A stretch of DNA of 64,000 nt from the NCBI GenBank assembly GCA_963663405.2, contig CAXXSM010000018.1, positions 38,273-102,272 of the forward strand. The letters run 5' to 3'. Both the position numbers and the translations under genes were made by a program. Every line of letters begins with the position of its first letter. Within the stretch, counting starts at the first letter, position 1. The stretch comes from a bacterium. Its GTDB lineage: Bacteria > Hinthialibacterota > Hinthialibacteria > Hinthialibacterales > Hinthialibacteraceae. The notes beneath the pieces are model-generated. The model saw only the letters and a list, made by a program, of their open reading frames with translations, had not been told where the DNA came from and did no database searches. Shown here piece by piece: positions 20,487-31,494 of the stretch.

Positions 20487-21794
20487 ATGATTGAAATCTT
20501 AAAAACAATAATCCTTGATTTTCAGGAGATAAAACTGGAAACGGGTGTTCCCAGGCGTTTGCAAATTAAGCCCATTCAAAATAAGGCTACAGTATGTATT
20601 GGAGCGCGCAGGAGTGGAAAATCAACGTTTTTGTTTCAAATAATACGGCGGCTATTGGATGAAGGAGTTCCACCTGAAAATATTCTCTATCTGAATTTCT
20701 TTGATGACCGGCTTCATAGCCTGGAAAAAGATAATCTCCGTTTCGTGATCGAAGCGTATTTTTCCATCTATCCAGAAAAGAAAAATACGGAGAAAATTTA
20801 TTGTTTTTTTGATGAAATCCAAGTTGTAAAAGGATGGGAACCATTCGTTGACCGGTTGATGCGAACCGAAAATTGTGAGGTCTACCTTACTGGCTCATCG
20901 GCTCACATGCTTTCAAAGGAAATTGCAACGCAGATGCGTGGACGAGCGTTATCATGGGAACTGTTTCCCTTCTCTTTTCAAGAATTTCTCGCATATAAAG
21001 GAATAGATAGTAACCTTCCATTTTCTACAAAAAAACGGCTTTTCATTCAGAAAGCATTTGAAGAATATTGGGAGACAGGAGGATTTCCTGAAGTGGCTGG
21101 CCTTGACCGGTATCTCCGCATTAAAATACACCAGGAATATTTAACGGCAATTTTATTCAGAGATCTAATTGAGCGTTATGATATTTCACATCCAAGGGCG
21201 GTGACCGATCTGGCTCATCGATTGATCGATAACATTGCATCCTTATATTCGATCAATAGTCTATCTGGATTTTTAAAATCGTTGGGGCACAAAGCGCCCA
21301 AATCAGCTGTATCCGATTATTTAGAATGGTTTGAAGACGCCTATTTTCTCTTTACTGTCCGCTTATACGACTCGTCAATAACACGCAGTAAAGTAAATCC
21401 CAAAAAGATCTATTGTGTCGATCACGCTTTGGTCAATTCGGTTTCCTCAGGAATTCTTCTTAATTATGGACACCTGCTGGAAAATCTAATTTTCACAGCA
21501 TTGCGCCGAATGACTCCAGATATTTATTACTATAAGACAAAAAGCAATCTTGAGATTGACTTTATTCTATTACAACAGAATCGCATTCACTTTTTGGCCC
21601 AGGTTTGCGAAACGATTTGCGATCCGAAAACGCGAAAAAGAGAAGTAAACGCTTTGAGCGAAGCGATGAGTGAATTAAACCTGAATTCTGGGATGATAAT
21701 AACAAGGAATGAAGAAGAGAATATTGAGATTGAAAATGGCACGATAAAAGTACTTCCCGCATGGAACTTTCTGCTTAATCTGAAAAACATCTAA
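20487..21794 (+). CDS. AAA_14 ATPase with C-terminal DUF4143 domain
   Basis: Walker A GARRSGKS, Walker B FFDEIQ, LTGSS, GGFPE, KKIYCVD, LENLIF and EIDF. Confidence 0.9.
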   Translation: MIEILKTIILDFQEIKLETGVPRRLQIKPIQNKATVCIGARRSGKSTFLFQIIRRLLDEGVPPENILYLNFFDDRLHSLEKDNLRFVIEAYFSIYPEKKNTEKIYCFFDEIQVVKGWEPFVDRLMRTENCEVYLTGSSAHMLSKEIATQMRGRALSWELFPFSFQEFLAYKGIDSNLPFSTKKRLFIQKAFEEYWETGGFPEVAGLDRYLRIKIHQEYLTAILFRDLIERYDISHPRAVTDLAHRLIDNIASLYSINSLSGFLKSLGHKAPKSAVSDYLEWFEDAYFLFTVRLYDSSITRSKVNPKKIYCVDHALVNSVSSGILLNYGHLLENLIFTALRRMTPDIYYYKTKSNLEIDFILLQQNRIHFLAQVCETICDPKTRKREVNALSEAMSELNLNSGMIITRNEEENIEIENGTIKVLPAWNFLLNLKNI

Positions 21795-21942
21795 TCAATG
21801 CTCTTCAAGTAAAATCTAAAACTATATCTAGATGAAATTGGAGGAATTTCAAAATCAAATAGAAGTGTTGGGACTTGTTTCCTGAGATGCTAAGATGAAG
21901 CGTTCGTGTAAATGAATCTCATCTGTACGAGGGAATTGCTCA

Positions 21943-24900
21943 ATGCGTGTCATTGGAACCCATAGACGCTCGAAACTATTGAAGACATTTGTTATTGCTT
22001 TTTGCATGATCCAATTAAATGTTTCTGCGCTGCCCGCTGCGCCGCCGCGGATTGGATTCCTTGCTGTGGAATCATCGATTGATCAAATGGGATTCCACAA
22101 CCAAGCCGCTTGGCGAACGGCGACAAAGTTGGGTCAAGCGACGCTTCTCTTGCGGCAGGAGGATGGAACTTTCGCCGATCCAGCAGGCCAGATCCGGGAT
22201 TTGAACGATTTCGACGTCCTTTGGTACCATCAGGGTGACGCCATTGCGCGAAACGCCATGTATCATGGGCCCAGCCTGGCTGCAATTCAACGGTTTACCG
22301 CGCAGGGGCGTGGTGTCCTCCTATCCGGCGGCGCGTTGGCGATGGCCGCGCCGCTTGGTCTCGAAAGAGCGATACGTCCACAGCGTCATGAACTGGACAA
22401 CTGGCGGGACCCGGCCGGTATGGCGCCGGTCGAGAAGAACCACCCCGCTTTTCATGGCCTATTAAATAATCAAGACATCGTCTGGCTGAGCCAAGGAGGT
22501 TGTCCGGCTGTCGCTGATTTCTATTGGGGCGGTCCCGTTGAAGGCATGATCCTGGCCAAAACACCTTCGGGGCCGGAAAATCCTCTCGTCGAATACAGAT
22601 TGGGCAAGGGGCGAGTGATCGTCTTTGGATGGCGCTGGCCCGATTACGGCGACTCCAAGAATTCGCATCGTGATAACCTGATTCGGCTAACGTCGAATCT
22701 CTTGAACTATCTGGCGGATGCCCAGACTTGGCGCCCTTTCGTCATTCGCTCGGAGTATCCCCCCGCCGCCTCTCCGGATGAACCGGGTGTTTCGCAACAA
22801 CGATGGCGGGCCTTGCGCATGGCCATTGATGACCTTATGGCGGATTTTCCTGAACGTTATCAAAATGGAGATGTTTACCTCAAGCGCCTGCAAGCGCTCC
22901 AAAGGCAACATGACCGCCTCTCACCAGATTCTGATCCGGCTGCTTACGCAGCCATCGAAGAGCAATTTGAAGCATTGAAGAATGAAGCTCTGCTAGCCAA
23001 TCCACTGCTTGACTTCGACCGGTTGTTGATGATCCGGCGCCGCGCCGATCGATTGGGATTACCGCTAAATTTCAATAGCAATCCGGATTTAGCGCCAACC
23101 GGCTACGATAACACGCTGGTTGTTCTCTCTCCCGTTCAACCGGGTGGAGAATTGGAGACCGTCTTCACACCGGAAGGGGATCGATTTATCGGTGATATCG
23201 ATCTGCACTATGATGCGGATCGATTACTGCTGTCGATTCCTGATCCAAACGGGCGATGGACCGTCGCCGAATTCAACTTGAACAATGGAAAATTAACATG
23301 GCTTCCCTTGATCGATGAACCGGACGTGCACAATTACGACGCGTGCTACCTGCCCGATGAGCGCATCATCTTCACCTCGACGGCGCCCTTTATCGGTGTT
23401 CCCTGCGTAGGCGGCCGTTCGAAGGTGGCGAATCTCTACATACGCGAATGCGATGGGCGCGTCCGCCGCCTGACTAACGATCAGGATCACAACTGGTGCC
23501 CTACGGTTCTCAATAATGGACGGATTCTCTATCAGCGCTGGGAATACGCCGACATCGCGCACGCTTTCATGCGGCTGCTCTTTCACGCGAATCCTGACGG
23601 CAGCCGCCAGATGGAGTATTACGGCAGTAACTCGTTTTGGCCGACCGCAATGTTCTACGCCCGGCCGGTTCCGGATCATCCAACGAAAATCATCGCTGTC
23701 GTGGGAGGTCATCACGATCTGCCCCGCCAGGGTCAACTCGTTTTATTCGACCCAGCGCGGGGGCGTCATGAAGCTGACGGAGTCGTACAACGCATTCCTG
23801 GTTATGGCAAGAAGGTTAAACCAGTTATCCTGGACGGACTTGCCGGAGGGAGTTGGCCCCTGTTTCTGCATCCATTCCCGCTCAGCGAGAACTACTTCCT
23901 CGTCTCGTGTCAACCAACAAAAACATCGCTATGGGGCGTATACTTGGTCGATATATTTGATAACTTTGTGTTGCTTTACGAAGAACCCGGCTGGGCGATG
24001 CTCGAACCGATTCCGTTACGGAAAACGCTAAGGCAACCCGTGATATCCGATATCATCCAACCGGACCAGAAGGAAGGAGCGGCGCAGCTGATCAACGTTT
24101 ATTCCGGCCCGGGATTGCGCGGGGTACCGCGTGGTACTGTGAAGTCGCTGCGGCTAATCAGCTACGAATTCACCTTCCATGGCTTCGGTGGCGAGCCGGA
24201 TCGTGTCGGCTTCGATGGACCTTGGGATGTCAGGCGTATCCTCGGGACGGTTCCGGTGGAGCCCGATGGATCGGCTTTCTTCCGTGTCCCCGCCTATACG
24301 CCTGTGGCCGTCCAGCCTCTCGACAGCGAGGGCAAGGCGCTGGCTCTAATGCGAAGTTGGTTTACCGCCATGCCCGGTGAGGTTGTCTCGTGCGTTGGCT
24401 GTCACGAACCACAGTATTCCATACCGCCAGCCCAATCGCGGCCAGCCGCTGTATTTCGGGAACCCTCACCGATCAAGCCTTGGTACGGCCCACCACGCGG
24501 CTTCTCCTTCGTTCGTGAGGTTCAGCCCGTATTGGACGCCTATTGCGTCCAATGTCACCATGACCGTCCACTGGAGAACGGGCAAACAACGTTCGATCTG
24601 ACTTCCCGGCCCACTGAACGTATTCCGTCGGCGTTCCAAATGCATTTCACGCCGTCATACATGGCGCTGCGCCGATACCTTCACACTCCCACACTTGAGA
24701 GCGACGCTCACATGTTAGCGCCCCGCAATTTCCACGCCGACACGAGCAAACTGATACAAATTCTGCGCGATGATCATTACGGCGTACGGCTTAACGCCGA
24801 GGCCTGGGACCGGCTGATTACCTGGATCGACCTGAACGCCCCCGCCCACGGGACATGGAAAGAAGTCGTCAAGCACATCCCCGCCAAAGCCGCCCTTGTG

Positions 24901-25920
24901 GAACCAGGCGCCGCGCGCCGCCGTGAACTGCATTACCGTTACACCGGGATCGATGAAGATCCTGAGGCGGTCTATCCCGCTGCGGTTCTTACAGCGCCCA
25001 CTCAAACCAGAACCCTGTCTTCATTGATCCCAAAAGTCATCGTCAGCGCAACCAATGCTAAACTAGAGCGGCAATGTCAAAAACACTCGTTGCCCCCTGA
25101 AATAATGAGTGTCACATTGATCGGTGATGTGACTCTAGAACTGGTCCGAATTCCATCCGGTTCATTTGTGATGGGATCAGAACAAGGCTATCCAAATGAA
25201 CGCCCCGCCCATCCGGTCACTATCTATAACGCCTTCTGGATAGGCCGCTTCGAGATCACCAACCGGCAGTACGCCTGCTTCGATCCTGAACATGACAGTG
25301 GTCTGGAAACGGGTGAGGCGTATCAATTCGGGGATTATGAGCGTGGGCGCCCCCTGCGGCGTCCTGAACAACCGGTCGTGCGTGTCTCATGGAATGAGGC
25401 GATAGCGTTTTGTGATTGGCTATCGCAGAAGACAGACAAACGGTTCACACTGCCTACCGAAGCGCAGTGGGAATACGCCTGCCGCAGCGGTGGGAACGAT
25501 CCCCTTTGGTACGGCTCACTCGACGATGACTTCAGCCGCTGCGCGAACCTTTCCGACGCCACGCATTACACCGTCGACTACCCGCATGTTCCAACCGCCC
25601 TGCCGCCCTGGCGTCCCGCGGATACGCGTTTCGACGACGGCTGGCGCGTCTCCGCGCCTGTAGGCGCCTTTGAACCGAATCCATGGGGCTTATACGATCT
25701 GCACGGTAACGTCGCCGAGTGGACACTCTCGGCATATCTCCCGTATTCTTTTAAGTCAAGCAATCACTCAAATACTCGAACAACTCGCAAGACGGTTCGC
25801 GGTGGCTCCTGGCTCGATCGCCCCCGCCGGGCCCGCTCCGCGTTCCGACTGCATTATGAGTCATCGCAAGTCATCCACGACGTCGGTTTCCGCATAGTAT
25901 GTGAAGATACAACTCCATAA
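21943..25920 (+). CDS. Secreted multidomain protein: hydrazine-synthase-alpha-like propeller/middle domain, two CxxCH motifs, C-terminal FGE/SUMF1 domain
   Basis: Motifs GRILYQRWEY, GTVPVEPDGSAFFRVPA, MRSW...CVGCHE, CVQCH, FEITNRQY, LPTEAQWEYACR, NPWGLYDLHGNVAEW, RGGSW and GFRIV. Confidence 0.85.
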   Translation: MRVIGTHRRSKLLKTFVIAFCMIQLNVSALPAAPPRIGFLAVESSIDQMGFHNQAAWRTATKLGQATLLLRQEDGTFADPAGQIRDLNDFDVLWYHQGDAIARNAMYHGPSLAAIQRFTAQGRGVLLSGGALAMAAPLGLERAIRPQRHELDNWRDPAGMAPVEKNHPAFHGLLNNQDIVWLSQGGCPAVADFYWGGPVEGMILAKTPSGPENPLVEYRLGKGRVIVFGWRWPDYGDSKNSHRDNLIRLTSNLLNYLADAQTWRPFVIRSEYPPAASPDEPGVSQQRWRALRMAIDDLMADFPERYQNGDVYLKRLQALQRQHDRLSPDSDPAAYAAIEEQFEALKNEALLANPLLDFDRLLMIRRRADRLGLPLNFNSNPDLAPTGYDNTLVVLSPVQPGGELETVFTPEGDRFIGDIDLHYDADRLLLSIPDPNGRWTVAEFNLNNGKLTWLPLIDEPDVHNYDACYLPDERIIFTSTAPFIGVPCVGGRSKVANLYIRECDGRVRRLTNDQDHNWCPTVLNNGRILYQRWEYADIAHAFMRLLFHANPDGSRQMEYYGSNSFWPTAMFYARPVPDHPTKIIAVVGGHHDLPRQGQLVLFDPARGRHEADGVVQRIPGYGKKVKPVILDGLAGGSWPLFLHPFPLSENYFLVSCQPTKTSLWGVYLVDIFDNFVLLYEEPGWAMLEPIPLRKTLRQPVISDIIQPDQKEGAAQLINVYSGPGLRGVPRGTVKSLRLISYEFTFHGFGGEPDRVGFDGPWDVRRILGTVPVEPDGSAFFRVPAYTPVAVQPLDSEGKALALMRSWFTAMPGEVVSCVGCHEPQYSIPPAQSRPAAVFREPSPIKPWYGPPRGFSFVREVQPVLDAYCVQCHHDRPLENGQTTFDLTSRPTERIPSAFQMHFTPSYMALRRYLHTPTLESDAHMLAPRNFHADTSKLIQILRDDHYGVRLNAEAWDRLITWIDLNAPAHGTWKEVVKHIPAKAALVEPGAARRRELHYRYTGIDEDPEAVYPAAVLTAPTQTRTLSSLIPKVIVSATNAKLERQCQKHSLPPEIMSVTLIGDVTLELVRIPSGSFVMGSEQGYPNERPAHPVTIYNAFWIGRFEITNRQYACFDPEHDSGLETGEAYQFGDYERGRPLRRPEQPVVRVSWNEAIAFCDWLSQKTDKRFTLPTEAQWEYACRSGGNDPLWYGSLDDDFSRCANLSDATHYTVDYPHVPTALPPWRPADTRFDDGWRVSAPVGAFEPNPWGLYDLHGNVAEWTLSAYLPYSFKSSNHSNTRTTRKTVRGGSWLDRPRRARSAFRLHYESSQVIHDVGFRIVCEDTTP

Positions 25921-25992
25921 AGATTGAAACGATATCCAAAGATTGAGAAATATTTTTAGTAAAGTAAATGATTAGGAAGATGATATGCGATT

Positions 25993-26709
25993 TTACACGG
26001 CCGAAGCGGGATGGTTACGATGCCGAATCCTCTGATATACCGCGCAAATAAAAAGAACGAGGATCGCTGCGAAGAGAAATTCTTTCAGTTCGCCGATTCG
26101 GAGATCATTGACCCATTTTTCATGGGGATAGTACCACTGAAGCGCTTTCTGCGGCCAAGTCAAAATAAAATATCCCAAGTAGGCAGGAATCAATGGCGTT
26201 GGACTTAAATAGAGCCGCAGCGGTTCAATGGGAAAAGTACGCTTTCGATACACGAGTGGAATCACGATCCCCCATACAAGGCAGAATAGATCTGATACGT
26301 TCCTCAATCGATCGAACGCCTCGATATTATGAAGGGTTAATTCGTTGGCCTTATTCACTCGAGAGATCAAGGGGGAAACATCCTCCGTTTTGAATCCGAA
26401 AATACGCTGTCCCCACGTAATCTCCTCTCCCGCAAAAAAAATACAGGCGAGAGTATACAGCGCGAGAAGAAAGATATGAAGACGGACTTTGGATTCTGAA
26501 CGGATATGTAAAATCGAGACAACGGCGATACCCGCCGCGAAAAGAGACAAAACAACGGTTAACCACTCAATAAAATGATCTTCTTGAATCAGCGTTAAAT
26601 ACAAAGCGCTGTTGATGGGATAGAGTAGAAGGTATGCGGCGCAAAAGACAACAGGCGCCCATGCTCCCCATTTCATCCAGGAACATCCTTCTTTATACGA
26701 ATCAGTCAT
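25993..26709 (-). CDS. Uncharacterised multi-pass membrane protein
   Basis: Several hydrophobic segments, with EDHFIEW and GEEITWGQRIFG...ELTLHN motifs. Confidence 0.7.
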   Translation of the reverse strand: MTDSYKEGCSWMKWGAWAPVVFCAAYLLLYPINSALYLTLIQEDHFIEWLTVVLSLFAAGIAVVSILHIRSESKVRLHIFLLALYTLACIFFAGEEITWGQRIFGFKTEDVSPLISRVNKANELTLHNIEAFDRLRNVSDLFCLVWGIVIPLVYRKRTFPIEPLRLYLSPTPLIPAYLGYFILTWPQKALQWYYPHEKWVNDLRIGELKEFLFAAILVLFICAVYQRIRHRNHPASAV

Positions 26710-26810
26710 TCCACTCCTATCCTTAAATAATAATTAATTGTTAATTTTACTAATCTATTGTAATCATCATTATAAAATTATGGATGGGATGAAACAGATG
26801 GAGCCGGTTG

Positions 26811-27800
26811 TTATTCAAAAAAACTTTGTATCGTCTGGTAAATCCGTTCGGGAGAAGAATCCAAATCGTGAATAGCCGAGGCACGCCAGGGGTGGGATCG
26901 TTCTGGATCGGTCGGGCCGAAAAGTCCCACGGATTTGACGCCTAAGGCGCCTGCAATCTGAACTGGTCCCGTATCCCCTCCTACAATGGCGCCGGCATGG
27001 CGGATCAGCTCCACCATTTCAGAAATCGTGGTCGGAGGTCCCAGATGGATACGCGTTTTATTCCTATCCGGAATCAGTGTGGCGGTTTCGTCTTTTTTTC
27101 CTGGCCCCTGAAGAAATACAACCGGGATTTGACGCTCCGCTAGTAACGCCGCCAGCGCGGTGTAGTGGTTGTACGGCCATTCTTTTGACCGGTTACCACA
27201 AAATGGAACGAGAATCACATAGTTTTCGTTCAACAAATGATGGTCTTGCAACCAAGAAGTAATCGCCCGGTTCGCTAAATGATCCGGTGGAAGTGAGAAT
27301 TCAGGTTCGGCGCGATCGATTCCCAACGGAGAAAGTAGATGGAGATTGCGTTGTAACACATGAGTACAATCGGCAGGGGGATCAATGGGACAATTTGTAA
27401 ACCAGCGGCTGATTTCTTTCGCTTCGACTTTCCCGTGTCCGATTCGCAAGGGGGCGTGGGTGAGAAAAGCGAGGATAGCGCTTTTTGTGTTACTTTGCAC
27501 ATCGATCGTGACGTCAAACCGCCGTCGCCACAGCCTTCGAGCGAGTGACGCCGCCTCCCGCCAAAGGCGCCAGCGGGATTGCATCTTCCGCCAGCGGGAT
27601 CGAGGAAAAATGATCAATTCGTCCAATCCCGGCAAATGGCGGATAAGCGGGGCGAAATTATCTTGAATCACCCATGCGATATGGGCGTGAGGGAAGCGTT
27701 TCCGAAGAGCCATAAAAACAGGAATCGCGGCCAAACAATCTCCCAAAGCGGACAGACGCACGAGGAGGATTCGGTGGATATTGATGGATCGTTTTTTCAT
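26811..27800 (-). CDS. Glycosyltransferase family 9 (LPS heptosyltransferase-like)
   Basis: Motifs ILLVRLSALGD, KEWP and VGGDTGPVQIAGALG...LFGPT. Confidence 0.9.
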   Translation of the reverse strand: MKKRSINIHRILLVRLSALGDCLAAIPVFMALRKRFPHAHIAWVIQDNFAPLIRHLPGLDELIIFPRSRWRKMQSRWRLWREAASLARRLWRRRFDVTIDVQSNTKSAILAFLTHAPLRIGHGKVEAKEISRWFTNCPIDPPADCTHVLQRNLHLLSPLGIDRAEPEFSLPPDHLANRAITSWLQDHHLLNENYVILVPFCGNRSKEWPYNHYTALAALLAERQIPVVFLQGPGKKDETATLIPDRNKTRIHLGPPTTISEMVELIRHAGAIVGGDTGPVQIAGALGVKSVGLFGPTDPERSHPWRASAIHDLDSSPERIYQTIQSFFE

Positions 27801-28103
27801 CCGGTAGATAGGAACGAGTGTTTCTAATAACGATGATGGATCATTGAGCCGCTACTCATCCTGCATGCCATACTTAATTCTTATCCGCAGAAATAATCAT
27901 CTTTAAAACAACCGATTCGTCAAGTGGTTTGGGAAGAAGTGAAAAGACTGTATGATCTGAATAGTCAATATCTTTAGACTCCTTTACGAATCAATGGATT
28001 CTGATTATATTCCAGTACTTTAAATGACCTCTACAATCATTTCCATTTTTCCCTTTGTTTCGTATTTGAACAAATTAAAAAACAAAACTATGGAGTTGCT
28101 TAA

Positions 28104-31100
28104 ATGAGAAAGATATTTTATTTCACCACTATTGTGTCCATCCTGACAATAGCCAATTTAGGGTTGACACAAGAATCCCCTGCAATTTACGATTTTTCGG
28201 GAATGTCAGCCGAAGAGAACGGTCTGATTATTATGGGCGCCGGTTTTGGGGAGTATCCTTTGCCGGATATTTCATTCGGAACAATCCCTGCGGATCAAGG
28301 ATTCGATGGAGCGACAGACGGACAAGGATGCGCAATCTACGCGCTTCCTGGTAAAGGAATCATGATTTTCACCCAGGCTCTTCCCATACAAACAGCGGCT
28401 TTCGTTCGTTGCTCAATTCGAACGGATCATCCGCTCTCCGCAATAACGATCGCCACGGTAGGGCAGGAAACGCCTCAATTTATCTCCACAAATTCTCCTG
28501 CGGATGGATCGTACTTTGTCAATCATTACCAGCGTCTCTCGACATTTGTAACTCCACCATCCACTGGATTTCAAGCGGTCATTCAAATCGTGAATACCAG
28601 TGAATCGGAGAATTTAACTGTTTATATCGATAATCTCGAGATTTATCCCATCGATTCGGAGACGTATTATCATGGTGAATTTTTGAATAATGATCCCGTG
28701 GACCCTGCGATATCATCGCTCGCGGAAGAAGATATTTTACCACTACTCCAAACTCCGTCCCCAACACCTGCCCCCACGGATGAGCCATCAATCCCGGCGG
28801 CGTTTACAGAGACGCCAACGATCCCAGCGGCAGCAACGCCGGAACCAACCATTGTAAATACAGAGATCCCAACTCCGGCGCCTACCGCTGAAGTAACGCC
28901 AGAACCGGAGAATCCCTTCGCTTATTTAGGGCAGTATTACTCACTTGCTGATTTCTTTGGAGAAACGAGCGGCATCATCACCCATCTCTACGGTTCGGAC
29001 TATCGAGTAGGATTCAAAAAAACATTAACCGCATATGGTGAATTCCCAGGACAAGGCGGCTACCACAGCCAGCTTCCAGTATCCTTCATTGTAGAAACAA
29101 TAGACGGGAAAGACACATACCAGGGAATCAATTGCCTTCTCTATTCAATTCGTGAATATGGAGAAAGTGAAGAACTTGTCTATACGACGACCTATTGGAT
29201 GGCGCAAGATAAATTTGGATGCCTGCGGATCTTACGGACAATGGAAACGGATGAGAGTGGGAATCAAATCAAGGAGGATTATTCCCTGAATCCACGAGTG
29301 TATGTTCCCGCTGATGTCCGATTGAATTCGTGGGATGGACGTATTATCGCAGTGAATGAAACCGTACCGGTAAATGAATTTGGCTTTGGACCTTATTCTG
29401 AATGTCACGTTCTCCATGATGAATCATCGCTCTATTATCCCGGTCATGTGGATGCGAAAGAAGATTATGGTTATGTGAAACCAGGAATCGGCCTAGTCTG
29501 GATTCAATATATATCTGATGGAAATGAATGGGGATGGAAATTATCTGATATTGAATATTCAGACGAAACCGAGCCCACCCAGATTACAATTCAAGGCGTG
29601 ATTAGTGGAGATGAACCCATCGTTCGTCCATTGAGAAACGCGCAAATTCAAATCGGCGAGAGTTCTAGCGTTACTTCAAATAATGGTTTCTATAAGATTA
29701 CACTGCCGGCGCCGGGGATGTATCAAATTCATGTAACCGCGTCTGGATATCCCGATTATTACAGTTTGATGGAATTCACTCAATCAGGTCAATTCAATCT
29801 AACCTTATCCAATCAGAACTGTATCGATATTCAAGAATACTTCCCAATGCATGTGGGTGATTATTGGAATTACACGATGGAGGATGAATGGGGAGAAGAC
29901 TTATACCGCGTTCAAATCGATGACACGTATCAAGAGAATGGCGCGCACGGGATGATTCGGAATCATTATGGAACATGGTTTCTTGATATGCTCGCGCCGG
30001 ATGATGGAGAAATATTTGAATACACAGACGATCAGTTGATCGTTCATGCGGGGATTTCATATGAATATGAAAACGATGATCCGAATCAACAGACAGCCTA
30101 TGTAATACCCAATAATCCTCTCATTCAGTTTGAGCGATTCGCTCCAATCGGCTTCAGCCAGAGTCAGCGATCCATCCAGACCGCTCCAGATGGATCCCAA
30201 TTTCCATGGGGCATTCGTTTTTATTCACTTGGATTTGAAACCATTACCGTGCCCGCGGGCACATTTACAAATTGTTTAAAACACCTGATTATTGAAGAAG
30301 GCGAAGGAGAGATTGATATTGTTTGGTGGGCTAAAGGGATTGGAGAAGCGATGTCTGTGGAACTCGATGAGGATGGTGGATTCTGTGTGGAAACACTAAC
30401 CGATGCAAGAGTAAACGATATGTATTACCCAGCCTCGTCCGCGCCCGAACCTACATTGGCCCCAACCTTGGCGCCTACGATGACACCCACGCAGATCCCA
30501 GTGCAAACAATCACACAAACACCTACGCCTGAACCCACGGATGCGCCAATTCCAACTTCTACTCCAATGCTTGAACCCACAGATACACCGATCCCAACCT
30601 CAACTCCCGCAACGGTGAATCCAAACGATATTGCGCGCGTCTATTGCCCGTTGGATTATGGACGAACGTGGACCTACAGCTACTATGGAACTATGTACGT
30701 TACGCAAGTGGAAACGGCGCCCGCTCAACTATGTGGAAAAACGTTATTTAATGAATTGGACGGCGCGGACGGTTCCCGGCAGTTTTATGCGTTCGAATCA
30801 GGCGCGCTTCTCCAGTACGCGACTTATGTAAATAATAATTATAGTTATTTTTGCAGCAATCCAATGCGCATCATTGATAATAATCTACGCGACCAAAAAC
30901 AATATACTACAACCATTGTTGTGGAAGGATATTCCGCAAAGATGACCTTTATCTATGACTACGTGGACCGAGTCAGCGTTCCATATGGCGTATTTGATGA
31001 CTGTTATGAGGCGTCTGTCGTTATTAATGTGATGGGAATCGATATCAATTCGGAGGCTTTTGTCATGGCGCCCCATGTTGGAAAAATTAAAATCGGCGCC

Positions 31101-31298
31101 ATCGATCCAGTCACGTTGGATTTCTCAGGATATATGGAATTGACCGATACAAATTTCGGGAGCAGTCAATCCAGTGGAAAAATCATTCAAATGAAGTCCA
31201 CCGAAGCGGATAAAATCGATCCAATTCCAGTGACAGATAGCATTCGTTTAATTCAAAGGATCATTGAGAAAAATAGAGACGCTCTCAAACTATATTAA
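28104..31298 (+). CDS. Secreted modular protein with Pro/Thr linkers, a carboxypeptidase-regulatory-like domain and three 'TVPAGTF..C' domains
   Basis: GGAG RBS, signal peptide, two PT-rich linkers. Repeats: TVPVNEFGFGPYSEC..KPGIGLV, ITVPAGTFTNC..WAKGIG, VSVPYGVFDDC..APHVGKI. Confidence 0.8.
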   Translation: MRKIFYFTTIVSILTIANLGLTQESPAIYDFSGMSAEENGLIIMGAGFGEYPLPDISFGTIPADQGFDGATDGQGCAIYALPGKGIMIFTQALPIQTAAFVRCSIRTDHPLSAITIATVGQETPQFISTNSPADGSYFVNHYQRLSTFVTPPSTGFQAVIQIVNTSESENLTVYIDNLEIYPIDSETYYHGEFLNNDPVDPAISSLAEEDILPLLQTPSPTPAPTDEPSIPAAFTETPTIPAAATPEPTIVNTEIPTPAPTAEVTPEPENPFAYLGQYYSLADFFGETSGIITHLYGSDYRVGFKKTLTAYGEFPGQGGYHSQLPVSFIVETIDGKDTYQGINCLLYSIREYGESEELVYTTTYWMAQDKFGCLRILRTMETDESGNQIKEDYSLNPRVYVPADVRLNSWDGRIIAVNETVPVNEFGFGPYSECHVLHDESSLYYPGHVDAKEDYGYVKPGIGLVWIQYISDGNEWGWKLSDIEYSDETEPTQITIQGVISGDEPIVRPLRNAQIQIGESSSVTSNNGFYKITLPAPGMYQIHVTASGYPDYYSLMEFTQSGQFNLTLSNQNCIDIQEYFPMHVGDYWNYTMEDEWGEDLYRVQIDDTYQENGAHGMIRNHYGTWFLDMLAPDDGEIFEYTDDQLIVHAGISYEYENDDPNQQTAYVIPNNPLIQFERFAPIGFSQSQRSIQTAPDGSQFPWGIRFYSLGFETITVPAGTFTNCLKHLIIEEGEGEIDIVWWAKGIGEAMSVELDEDGGFCVETLTDARVNDMYYPASSAPEPTLAPTLAPTMTPTQIPVQTITQTPTPEPTDAPIPTSTPMLEPTDTPIPTSTPATVNPNDIARVYCPLDYGRTWTYSYYGTMYVTQVETAPAQLCGKTLFNELDGADGSRQFYAFESGALLQYATYVNNNYSYFCSNPMRIIDNNLRDQKQYTTTIVVEGYSAKMTFIYDYVDRVSVPYGVFDDCYEASVVINVMGIDINSEAFVMAPHVGKIKIGAIDPVTLDFSGYMELTDTNFGSSQSSGKIIQMKSTEADKIDPIPVTDSIRLIQRIIEKNRDALKLY

Positions 31299-31494
31299 TA
31301 ATAACAATTACTGGTAATTCAATTTAGTTAAAGTTACCCTCATGGCTGTTTTGTATTATACAAAATCTTTCAGCATCATGAATTCATAGATAGCCCCTAA
31401 AATTTATAAAATATAAGAAAAATAAATTTCCTTTTCATTATTATATTTATATACATATGATAAACCAACTGGATTAGGGATTTAACAATTCGAT

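Noticed and set aside
20487-21794. AAA_14/DUF4143 ATPase as a defence system
   Set aside because: It is a common stand-alone family with no partner gene here.
21943-25920. Anammox hydrazine synthase
   Set aside because: Only alpha-like domains fused to FGE are present, with no hzsB, hzsC or hao context.
30440-30610. Pro/Thr codon repeats (also near 28750-28900 and 62510-62660) as DNA repeat elements
   Set aside because: They are explained as protein linkers within the ORFs.
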